Source: Limisphaera sp. (lineage in GTDB: Bacteria > Verrucomicrobiota > Verrucomicrobiia > Limisphaerales > Limisphaeraceae). Taken from it: a stretch of DNA of 64,000 bases. Below are positions 56,165 through 64,000 of the stretch, piece by piece. The notes beneath the pieces were generated by a model. It did no database searches and was not told where the DNA came from. It worked only from the letters and a program-made list of their open reading frames with translations. Each line of letters opens with the position of its first letter. Position 1 is the stretch's first letter. Position numbers and translations under genes: made by a program. The stretch is from contig JANWVC010000005.1 of the NCBI GenBank assembly GCA_025057755.1, positions 194,071 to 258,070 on the forward strand, read 5' to 3'.

Positions 56165-58327
56165 ATGAAGACAATTCTTTTTGTGTGTACGGGGAACGTG
56201 TGCCGCAGTCCCATGGCGGAGGGCTTGTTCCGTCATGCAGTTCAAGGACGCGGTTCGTTCGAAGCGTTGTCTGCCGGTCTGGGTGCCTTGGAGGGCCAGC
56301 CCGCCAGTGCGCATGCTGTGCAGGCCATGAGAGAGATTGGAATCGACATTTCCCACCATCGGAGCCGTCGATTGACCGCGGAGTTGGTGGCCAGAGCCGA
56401 TTATATCTTTGGCATGACCCATGGGCATGTGGAAGCCATCTTGCTGTTGTATCCGGAGGCCGCAGAGAAGACCTTCCTGCTTAGAGAATTCGATGATTCG
56501 GTTAACGACTTAGACAAGGACATTAGCGATCCCATTGGCGGGTCGTACGAAGTGTATGTTCGATGTCGCGATCAAATCCGGGAGGCCGTGGAGCGCTTGG
56601 TACCCGTCCTGGAGCGAGATTTGCGGGAAGCCCAGCATGCAGCATGGGAGGCGGGCCCGGTGGCCCTCGGGGCCGACCACGCGGGTTATTCACTCAAACA
56701 GGCATTGGTCCGGGCTTTACACCAGAGGGGCGTGCAGGTGATCGACCTTGGCACGCATTCGGCTGACTCAACAGACTATCCAGACTATGCCCACGCCGTG
56801 GCCCGCGCCGTGGCAGATCGCCGGGCTCGATGGGGGATCCTCTGCTGCAGCACTGGTATCGGCATGAGCATCGCCGCCAACAAGGTGCCCGGCATTCGCG
56901 CTGCCCTGGTCCATGATGTGGAGGAAGCTGCGTTAGCGCGGCGACACAATGATGCAAACATCTTGTGTTTTTCCAGTAAACGCACCTCTCTAGAACAAGC
57001 GTTGGCTTTGATCGACGCGTTCCTTCAGGCAAACTTCGAAGGCGGTCGCCATGAACGGCGCGTGCTGAAGCTGGAATCATGCTGCAGCACACGCCCCGGA
57101 TTGCGTCAGGTGGACCCGGCCGTTGCCAGTCTGATCGAGCAGGAGCGGCTTCGGCAGCAGGAGAATCTGGAACTGATTGCCAGCGAGAACTTTGCGAGTC
57201 TTGCTGTCCTGGAGGCCCAGGGCTCGGTGCTGACCAACAAATACGCCGAAGGTTACCCCCGTCGGCGTTGGTATGGCGGTTGCGAGTTTGTAGATAGGAT
57301 TGAGCAACTGGCCATCGACCGTGCCAAAAAACTCTTCGGCGCCGAGCATGCCAACGTGCAACCCCATTGCGGCTCAGCCACCAACATGGCCGTCTACTTC
57401 GCCTTTTTAAAGCCCGGCGATAAGATTTTAACGATGGATTTGAGTCACGGCGGGCACTTGACGCACGGGCATCGGGCCAATTTCTCAGGCAAGTTCTTTG
57501 ATGTGATCCATTACGGAGTGCGTCGCGAGGATGAACGTTTGGACTATGATGAGATATTGCGTCTGGCCAAAGAACATCGTCCGAGAATGATCACCGTCGG
57601 CGCCAGTGCGTATCCACGCGTGATTGACTTTGAGCGGATGGCACAGATTGCTCAAGAGGTGGGAGCATACCTATTAGCAGACATTGCTCACATTGCGGGA
57701 CTGGTCGCGGCGGGTCTGCACCCCAGTCCGGTGCCTCATGCAGATTTTGTGACCACCACCACCCATAAGACGCTGCGAGGCCCCCGAGGTGGATTGATCC
57801 TCTGCAAAGAAAAATATGCCAAGGAAATCGATGCCATGGTCTTTCCCGGTATCCAGGGAGGGCCGCTGGAGCATGTCATCGCGGCTAAGGCTGTCTGCTT
57901 GGAGGAAGCTATGCAGCCGTCATTCCGAGCTTACCAAGAGCAGATTCTCAGGAACGCCCGCGCCATCGCCGATGGGCTGTCGCGGAACGGGTTCCGCCTG
58001 GTCAGTGGAGGAACTGATAATCACTTGGTATTGGTCGATGTCGGGGCTCGCGGGCTCACCGGCAAGGATTGTCAAGCGGCTCTGGATGAAGCCGGCATTA
58101 CGGTCAACAAAAACACGATCCCGTTTGAAACACGCTCGCCTTTTCAAGCCAGCGGAATTCGGATCGGCACGCCCGCGGTGACAACGCGCGGCATGAAGGA
58201 GCCGGAAATGGCAGCCATCGCCGACATGATCAGCGAAGTGCTGATGGATTTGAACGATCACCAGGCAATCGCCAAAGTCCGGCAGCGAGTGCGAGAATTG
58301 ACTTCACGCTTTCCCCTGCCGTATTGA
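56165..58327 (+). CDS. glyA: tri-domain fusion: low-molecular-weight protein phosphatase + ribose-5-phosphate isomerase B + serine hydroxymethyltransferase
   Basis: A single stop-free frame runs 56033..58327. I place the start at ATG 56165 ([20 protein letters not shown], the C-x5-R-S P-loop, with the DPIGG acid loop further on). The RpiB domain starts about 56660 ([13 protein letters not shown] ... [17 protein letters not shown] ... [10 protein letters not shown]). The SHMT domain starts about 57101 ([15 protein letters not shown] ... ELIASENF ... [14 protein letters not shown], with the PLP lysine). Confidence 0.85.
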   Translation: MKTILFVCTGNVCRSPMAEGLFRHAVQGRGSFEALSAGLGALEGQPASAHAVQAMREIGIDISHHRSRRLTAELVARADYIFGMTHGHVEAILLLYPEAAEKTFLLREFDDSVNDLDKDISDPIGGSYEVYVRCRDQIREAVERLVPVLERDLREAQHAAWEAGPVALGADHAGYSLKQALVRALHQRGVQVIDLGTHSADSTDYPDYAHAVARAVADRRARWGILCCSTGIGMSIAANKVPGIRAALVHDVEEAALARRHNDANILCFSSKRTSLEQALALIDAFLQANFEGGRHERRVLKLESCCSTRPGLRQVDPAVASLIEQERLRQQENLELIASENFASLAVLEAQGSVLTNKYAEGYPRRRWYGGCEFVDRIEQLAIDRAKKLFGAEHANVQPHCGSATNMAVYFAFLKPGDKILTMDLSHGGHLTHGHRANFSGKFFDVIHYGVRREDERLDYDEILRLAKEHRPRMITVGASAYPRVIDFERMAQIAQEVGAYLLADIAHIAGLVAAGLHPSPVPHADFVTTTTHKTLRGPRGGLILCKEKYAKEIDAMVFPGIQGGPLEHVIAAKAVCLEEAMQPSFRAYQEQILRNARAIADGLSRNGFRLVSGGTDNHLVLVDVGARGLTGKDCQAALDEAGITVNKNTIPFETRSPFQASGIRIGTPAVTTRGMKEPEMAAIADMISEVLMDLNDHQAIAKVRQRVRELTSRFPLPY

Positions 58328-58802
58328 ACCTGTTGCGGGTGCCCTTTCCGTTGAGCCTGGAGCGTCACGGCTTGGGTGATATAGCACCTGGGCAGCAGCG
58401 GGGCGACGTCCTCATAAGGGGTTGTCTTTGGACGCCAGGAGGTCACCTTCCGTTGAACGATGAAATGCCCGGTGGTGCTTGCGGGAGAGGCGTTGGACCT
58501 CACGAAGAAGAGGACCACAGCCAGCCAGGCTCGGGCAACATTAGCACCGGTTCCCGGAGTTGAGGGAGCTTCTTCTCTGGTGCTCAGCCCGTACAGACCG
58601 AAACAATTCGAGTTGTAACCAGAACAAAGTCATCGGGACCCAAGTCACAAGGTCGCATGGCCGGAGCGACATGGATTGTGAGCGAGCTCAGAGCGACTGT
58701 GAATTTTCGGACCGGAGCATGGCGCCCTCTTCTTCTCCCACCACATGGCGCTTCTCATCCCGGGAAAGATCGGTGGGCGCTGTGATGGGTGCTCGAGAAA
58801 AT

Positions 58803-60707
58803 TCATGCCTGCACGGTGGTTTCTGCCAGGAGGGGCGGCACAGGACATTCCAGCGCGTCTGCCACGGCACGCAGCAACTCGGCTTCAGGTTCGTTTAACC
58901 AACCATCAGTGGCTACCACCTCCACGCAGGCCGTTAAAAACTTGCGCTTGATAGCGTGGCAGGCCTGGGCTAAACGTTCCAAGGCTGCGTCGATCTTTTC
59001 CAAACCACATTCTGCGGCGGGCAAAATGGGCGCCTCTGGTCGATCGGGCATGATTGATGCCCAACCCGCCTGGTAACTTCGTTTGGCTGTTTCCGGATCT
59101 CTTTGTCCCAGCCAGCTTAAAGCCGAGAGGACCAAGCGGACCTCTCCTTCCAATGCACGCACGGAGTAGTATTGAATCGGCTTGGGCCGATCCCGTTCGT
59201 ATTGGGACGACAAATGCCGTTCAATCATTCGCTGCAAGGCATACTCGAAGAGGTCGATCTGCCGATCCGTATGCATCAACCAGCGCAACGAATGGCGAAA
59301 CTGCAGGAATGCCTCTCGATCCAAGAGGCGTAGTGTGGGCAGGGCCAACTGAACCAGCGGCAGCCGGGCGCCATGCTCCAAAGGAGCCACCACCGGATGA
59401 AGCGCCACCAGGCGATTGTACACGCTTGCGGGCAGGCGGGTTTGCAACCCCATGAGCTGTTGATGGCGCAGGTCCGATTCGGAGCTTAAGACCAAGCCCA
59501 ACACAACGGCCTGCGCTCCAGCCTCCTCTCGGATGGCGCTCATAATCTCTGGCGGAAGCATCGATCGTAAAGTCCCCGCAAACCGCACCTGAGTCGGGCC
59601 TGGCTTTCCTACATGCTGGATCAATGCATGGCCGGGCATGCGCGGGGACGGTCCCAGTCGCAACAGTTCGGGTTGGCCACTTGGGACATCTGTCTGTACG
59701 ACCATTGCGTTGTCCCGCGTCAATCGTGGGTATTGTCCATCCCAACTAGGATCCAAACGCCGGATCCGTTCTTCAAGCGGTGGATGAGTGGCGAACCAGG
59801 CCGGTCGCGATCCGCGAAAGGCAGAACTAAAAAACATGTGCGCCGCCTCCAAAGCCCGTGGATGCCGAATTTGCGAACGGTAAACGAGTCCCCCAATTTT
59901 ACGCAATGCATTCGCCAAGCCCTGCGGATTGCGCGTGAATTGAACCGCAGCCGCGTCAGCCAGAAACTCCCGTTGGCGGCTCACAGCAGCTTGAATGAGG
60001 CGTCCGAAGAACACTCCGATCGAGCCAAGCAACATCAACACCAAACCCAGCATGGGCAACGGATTATTGCGCCCCCGAGTCCGCAACAGGATCCGGCCGA
60101 CCTCAGATAAGCAAAAGATCCCAAAAATCCAACCGGTCAAGCGGAGATTCAGCCGCATGTCTCCATTCAGGATGTGGCTGAATTCATGTCCGATGACGCC
60201 TTGCAGTTCATCCCGGTTAAGCCATTGCAAGCAACCACGCGTAACGCCAATGACCGCATCTTGGGGGCCTAATCCCGCGGCAAATGCGTTGATGCCAGAT
60301 TCTTCCTCCATGACATAGACCGGAGGAACTGGCATGCCCGAGGCCACCGCCATCTCTTCCACCACGTTCAGTAACCGGCGCTCAGACAAATCTCGTGTAT
60401 CCGGACGAACCAACCGTCCGCCCAGTGCTTCGGCCACAGCCCGGCCGCCTGACCGCAGAGTTAGGATCCGATACAAGCTACCAGCTCCGATCACAACCAG
60501 GGTCCCACCTACGCAGGCAATTAACAACCGCGGGCGCCACCATCCCATCGTGCCTGTCGCTGTCTTTCCGGTCCGGACCGATTCACCCAGCCACCAGAGG
60601 CACACGCAGTACACCGCCAGGGCGATCCCCAGCACTGCCGAAGCGAAATAACACAGCAGCACCCTGCTACGTCGCCGTGCTTGGTCCTGAGCCTCAAAGA
60701 AATCCAT
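58803..60707 (-). CDS. M48-family (HtpX-like) zinc metallopeptidase with long C-terminal domain
   Basis: 634 aa with N-terminal TM helices and an HEFSHILNGD (HExxH) zinc motif. The C-terminal part of about 330 aa ends in a TerB-like segment (VEVVATDGWLNEPEAELLRAVADALECPVPPL). The gene lies downstream of LemA. Confidence 0.85.
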   Translation of the reverse strand: MDFFEAQDQARRRSRVLLCYFASAVLGIALAVYCVCLWWLGESVRTGKTATGTMGWWRPRLLIACVGGTLVVIGAGSLYRILTLRSGGRAVAEALGGRLVRPDTRDLSERRLLNVVEEMAVASGMPVPPVYVMEEESGINAFAAGLGPQDAVIGVTRGCLQWLNRDELQGVIGHEFSHILNGDMRLNLRLTGWIFGIFCLSEVGRILLRTRGRNNPLPMLGLVLMLLGSIGVFFGRLIQAAVSRQREFLADAAAVQFTRNPQGLANALRKIGGLVYRSQIRHPRALEAAHMFFSSAFRGSRPAWFATHPPLEERIRRLDPSWDGQYPRLTRDNAMVVQTDVPSGQPELLRLGPSPRMPGHALIQHVGKPGPTQVRFAGTLRSMLPPEIMSAIREEAGAQAVVLGLVLSSESDLRHQQLMGLQTRLPASVYNRLVALHPVVAPLEHGARLPLVQLALPTLRLLDREAFLQFRHSLRWLMHTDRQIDLFEYALQRMIERHLSSQYERDRPKPIQYYSVRALEGEVRLVLSALSWLGQRDPETAKRSYQAGWASIMPDRPEAPILPAAECGLEKIDAALERLAQACHAIKRKFLTACVEVVATDGWLNEPEAELLRAVADALECPVPPLLAETTVQA

Positions 60708-60822
60708 GGCGCGGAGCTGTGGCCCCGAGAAACGGTGTTGACTGGGCAGCGGTGAAATTCGGAGGTCTTACTTCAATCTCATAGTTTCGCTGAACCTGCT
60801 TTGGGCCGAGACCATGCTCGGC

Positions 60823-61425
60823 TCAAGCGAACTTGACTCGTGGTGCCTCACGCTCTTCAGGTTTTTGCAGGTGAAATAATTCTGCCGGTCCGAAGTTAAA
60901 TAGGCCCGCTACGAAATTGGTGGGGAATTGTTCGCGTCGAGTGTTATAGGTCATCACAGCGTCGTTATACGCCTGCCGGGCAAAGGCAATCTTGTTTTCA
61001 GTGGCGGTCAATTCCTCCATGAGCTGGGCCATCGTTTGATTGGCTTTCAGATCCGGATATGCCTCGGCCAGGGCAAATAATCGGCCCAATACGCCGGTCA
61101 GGGTTCCTTCTGCGGTGATCAAGGCCTTCATGGCTTCCGGATCAGCCGGATTGGCGCCTACGCGACCACTGGCCTGTACGGCTGCATTCCGGGCCTGGAT
61201 CACTGCTTCCAAGGTACTGCGTTCATGTGCTAAATACGCTCGAGCCGTCTCCACCAAGTTCGGGATGAGGTCGTACCGACGCTTGAGTTGCACGTCAATC
61301 TGTGCCCATGCATTTCGAAACCGGTTACGCAGCGTGACCAGCCGGTTGTAACTGCCGATCAACCAGAGAATTCCCAAAACCAAAATCCCCACAGCCACCA
61401 AAACGACCCAGAGAACGATGTTCAT
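60823..61425 (-). CDS. LemA family protein
   Basis: 200 aa with an N-terminal TM helix. The LemA signature YNRLVTLRNRFRNAWAQIDVQLKRRYDLIPNLVETA and the downstream helices are present. Confidence 0.9.
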   Translation of the reverse strand: MNIVLWVVLVAVGILVLGILWLIGSYNRLVTLRNRFRNAWAQIDVQLKRRYDLIPNLVETARAYLAHERSTLEAVIQARNAAVQASGRVGANPADPEAMKALITAEGTLTGVLGRLFALAEAYPDLKANQTMAQLMEELTATENKIAFARQAYNDAVMTYNTRREQFPTNFVAGLFNFGPAELFHLQKPEEREAPRVKFA

Positions 61426-61651
61426 GCTGCATCCTCCTCAAGCTGTTTCTGCTTTTCGCACCATTGCTACGCCAAATCCGCCAGCATCGCAATCTAGAAC
61501 GTCCCTGTGTGGCTCAAATCGCGACAACTTCTTCATAGAAACAAAGACCGTCGAGCCAACCCTCGGCACCAGGACCTTAAAAAGATCCCTCTGCCGCCGG
61601 TTCGGAAACGCCGTTTGTGCCTCCTAAAGTGGCGTGGGCCAGTTAATCCAA

Positions 61652-62281
61652 CTAATCCAACAGTCCCAATTCCACCAACCGCGCTCGACTTCGCCGGGGT
61701 TCTTCATGCACCCAGGCGCACCATCCCCGCTCCAGGCCGGCTTGAACGTTTTCCGGACGGTCATCCAAATACACAATCTGCGCCCCATGTTTGCCCGTTC
61801 GCCGTTCCAAGGTTTCGTACATGCCGGGGGCAGGTTTCATCGAACGCACTTCATACGAGAGCACCCAACCTTCAAAGTCGTGAATGAAGGGAAAGTGAGC
61901 CTGGATATGCTCCATGGCCAAATCATTGGTATTCGAAAACAGCCAGGTGGACACGCCGCGCTTGCGCAATTCCTGATGAACGGCCACCATCGGGTCAATG
62001 GGCCAGAAAATGTCCGCAAAGCAGCGGGCAAACTCCGACAAATCCCCATCAAAGCCAGTTTGATCGCGGACATGCTCGAAAAACTCCTGTCGGCTCATAA
62101 GCCCGGTTTCGTAGCGAAATAGCAAAGGAGAATGATCGAGGACAGACCGAACCGTTGCTTCGTCCTGCTGACTTCGTGCGGCAATACAGCGTGCGGCTAT
62201 GCTGTAGTCAAAATCCAACAACACTTTACCGAGATCGAACACAACCACTTCCGGTCGATGCGGTTTCATGACAAGCGGCAA
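61652..62281 (-). CDS. HAD-superfamily hydrolase
   Basis: 209 aa. Motif I reads VVVFDLGKVLLDFD. The later motifs FSNTN and IVYLDDRPENV are present. Confidence 0.7.
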   Translation of the reverse strand: MPLVMKPHRPEVVVFDLGKVLLDFDYSIAARCIAARSQQDEATVRSVLDHSPLLFRYETGLMSRQEFFEHVRDQTGFDGDLSEFARCFADIFWPIDPMVAVHQELRKRGVSTWLFSNTNDLAMEHIQAHFPFIHDFEGWVLSYEVRSMKPAPGMYETLERRTGKHGAQIVYLDDRPENVQAGLERGWCAWVHEEPRRSRARLVELGLLD

Positions 62282-62305
62282 CGTGCTTCTGCGCCCAATG
62301 GCGGA

Positions 62306-62908
62306 CTAGGTTATCTCGCGGCGTCCTTGCAAGGCATGTCCCAGCGTAAGCTCATCCGCGTACTCCAAGCCTGTGCCCGCCGGCAGTCCGTGGGCGATGC
62401 GCGTGATGCGCAAGCCGGGCCGGGCCAGGCGTTTGGCCAGGTAGTGGCTGGTGGCTTCACCCTCCACATCCGTCCCCAGAGCCAGGATGACTTCTTGCAC
62501 CGGCTCCTCCCGTAAACGGCGCTCCAATTCTTGAATCCGAAGATCCTCAACTTCGACCCCTTCCAACGGCGAAAGGCGACCCCCCAGAACATGGTAGCGA
62601 CCCCGGTAGCTGCCGGATCGCTCCAAGCTGAGCACATCCTTGGGACGCTCTACCACGCAAAGCAACGAGTCATCCCGCCGTGGATCCGTGCAGAAGACAC
62701 ACGGAGAATCTTCAGTGAGTGATCCACATCGCTCGCAAGCTCGCACCGCTGTTCGAGCCCGTTCGATGGCCGCCGCTAACCCGCGCGCAATCTCCGGTTC
62801 GCTTTCTACCAGGAACAATGCCATTCGTTCGGCCGACCGCCGGCCCACGCCGGGCAGTCGCATCAGAGCAGCGATCAGGAGTTTAATGGATTCAGGCCAT
62901 TCGGGCAT
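62306..62908 (-). CDS. recR: recombination protein RecR
   Basis: 200 aa with a helix-hairpin-helix (LPGVGRRSAERMA), a C4 zinc finger (CERCGSLTEDSPCVFC) and a Toprim domain. Confidence 0.95.
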   Translation of the reverse strand: MPEWPESIKLLIAALMRLPGVGRRSAERMALFLVESEPEIARGLAAAIERARTAVRACERCGSLTEDSPCVFCTDPRRDDSLLCVVERPKDVLSLERSGSYRGRYHVLGGRLSPLEGVEVEDLRIQELERRLREEPVQEVILALGTDVEGEATSHYLAKRLARPGLRITRIAHGLPAGTGLEYADELTLGHALQGRREIT

Positions 62909-62957
62909 GGCTTCTTTGCCTGATGCGATGGTGTGTGGAAAGCGGTAGGCGCACGAC

Positions 62958-63269
62958 CTACATCAACCCTGGCAGACGAAAGCCTGATGTAACCCTGGCC
63001 ATCTCCGCATTGGCCACGTCGCGGGCCTGTTGCAAGGCCTGATTCACGGCACCAAGCACCATATCCTCCAGAAGCGTCACATCCAACGGGTCAAGGGCGT
63101 GTGGATCGATTTTCAAGCTGACCAAGGTACCGTCACACCGGGCCACCACTTTGACAGCTCCACCGCCGCTGGAGGCCTCAACTGTGCGTTGTGCCAACTG
63201 CGCCTGCACTTGCTCGATCTGTTGTTGCAGGCGCGCTGCTTGTTTAATCACCTTGCCGAAGCTTGACAT
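62958..63269 (-). CDS. ybaB: YbaB/EbfC nucleoid-associated protein
   Basis: The ORF is 62958..63341. I place the start at ATG 63269 (MSSFGKVIKQAARLQQQIEQVQAQL...). The product is 103 aa. The gene sits in the conserved dnaX-ybaB-recR order. Confidence 0.9.
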   Translation of the reverse strand: MSSFGKVIKQAARLQQQIEQVQAQLAQRTVEASSGGGAVKVVARCDGTLVSLKIDPHALDPLDVTLLEDMVLGAVNQALQQARDVANAEMARVTSGFRLPGLM

Positions 63270-63324
63270 GACACACCTTTCATCCATTTGGGCCCAGTCC
63301 CAATGATTGGGCGAGCCCATGGGA

Positions 63325-64000
63325 TCAACCGGACTGTACAATTCGAGCTCTGAATCGTTCCAAAGCCTGTTGAATCAAAGGGTCGTTCTTGAACTCTGTC
63401 GGGTCGAGTTTGTCCCCAGGCCGAGAGCTACTTGGGAAAGTCCGGTGCCCGCGGTTGGGTTGGTGAGCTTCTTCCGGCTGGACTTGCGTACGAAGTTCAT
63501 TCCTTGACGGCTCTTGAGTAACCTCCATTGGAACGGTGGAAAATGCCTGGTCGGGATTTGATACTGGCAGCTTGGCGTTTTCCATCTCCATCACCACAAA
63601 CGCCACATCGTGGACCGGGGCGCGGAGTTCACGCAGTTTGGTTCTCAGAATTTCTCGACAATCGGGCGTATCTGCCAAGTCGCGCTGCCCGCACCATTCA
63701 GGCGGAAACGCAATTACCAGGCGCCCTTTTTCCAGACCCATGGGCCGACCATGTTGCAGGAAACTCCGAAGCATGGGCCGAACCCGACCGACGTGATCCA
63801 AGAGCGCGGACCAGACTTGCTGGGGCTCCGGCGAGATGCTTGCGCTCGGGGCCGAGGGAGCGGTGGAATCAGCCGAGGGCTCCCCTGCTTGACGTCGTTC
63901 ACTGCCGGACGAATCAGACCCTACAGAATGACTACTCTGCACCGAAGCGGGAGGAACACCCAGAGGATCGCTTGGGAGCGCCATGGATCGCGCAGCCGAT
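63325..64000 (-). CDS. dnaX: DNA polymerase III subunit gamma/tau, C-terminal part (gene continues beyond the right edge)
   Basis: The frame stays open to position 64000, with no stop upstream of the ATG at 63984. It has a low-complexity Ser/Pro linker, then a C-terminal domain ending KNDPLIQQALERFRARIV. Synteny with ybaB-recR supports the call. Confidence 0.7.
   Translation of the reverse strand, partial: SAARSMALPSDPLGVPPASVQSSHSVGSDSSGSERRQAGEPSADSTAPSAPSASISPEPQQVWSALLDHVGRVRPMLRSFLQHGRPMGLEKGRLVIAFPPEWCGQRDLADTPDCREILRTKLRELRAPVHDVAFVVMEMENAKLPVSNPDQAFSTVPMEVTQEPSRNELRTQVQPEEAHQPNRGHRTFPSSSRPGDKLDPTEFKNDPLIQQALERFRARIVQSG

Noticed and set aside
57101-57103. The idea that glyA is a separate gene starting at in-frame TTG 57101, and rpiB a separate gene starting at GTG 56660.
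   Set aside because: Internal initiation cannot be excluded. However, there is no stop codon upstream of either site, so ribosomes starting at 56165 must read through all three domains. The fusion call therefore stands.
58258-58518. 86-aa minus-strand ORF in the glyA/M48 gap with a hydrophobic stretch (AWLAVVLFFV).
   Set aside because: It has no ATG: the frame opens just after a TGA and relies on a GTG. It overlaps the 3' end of glyA, and I recognise no family.
1-64000. Window-wide look for CRISPR arrays, IS elements or transposases, integrases, prophage genes, toxin-antitoxin pairs, restriction-modification or other defence modules, and rRNA operons.
   Set aside because: I found no regularly spaced repeats, no DDE or tyrosine/serine recombinase motifs, no terminal inverted repeats flanking a segment, and no defence-type ATPase, nuclease or methylase signatures.

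Overview
This looks like a chromosomal segment from a PVC-superphylum genome, most likely Verrucomicrobiota. That is an inference from a DUF1559 pilin-like protein, secreted multi-LamG giants, TMTC-like TPR membrane proteins and frequent non-ATG starts. All family assignments come from motif recognition by eye and hand translation, not from database searches. About 40 protein-coding genes could be assigned. Housekeeping genes: lepA-lepB, pheT, dtd, gatA, rnd, a parvulin PPIase plus serA, fabG-acpP-fabF, a membrane pyrophosphatase, LemA plus an M48 peptidase, and recR-ybaB-dnaX (dnaX runs off the right edge). Accessory genes: a TIM-barrel isomerase/cupin/oxidoreductase string at the left edge; an ExuT-like MFS transporter with a double-propeller histidine kinase and a NarL-type regulator; a membrane-anchored solenoid protein of about 20 repeats next to a secreted beta-helix protein; two divergent paralogous GT-C/TPR membrane proteins; and an arabinan-type locus (XylR-like regulator, DUF1559 pseudopilin, 3xLamG giant, GH43 arabinanase) facing a 1223-aa mosaic metzincin. 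The most notable observations are these. (i) One uninterrupted ORF fuses an LMW phosphatase, RpiB and serine hydroxymethyltransferase, with all three catalytic motifs intact. (ii) The pseudopilin/LamG/GH43 operon has phased direct repeats in its promoter region and overlapping hairpins before GH43. (iii) Three multiply disrupted pseudogenes (hexose-6-P mutarotase, thymidine phosphorylase, GH51 arabinofuranosidase) lie within about 11 kb, while every neighbouring gene, including ORFs up to 3.7 kb, is intact. (iv) Several 0.5-1 kb stretches have no assignable gene. I saw no rRNA, tRNA, CRISPR array, transposase, integrase, prophage or recognisable defence genes.
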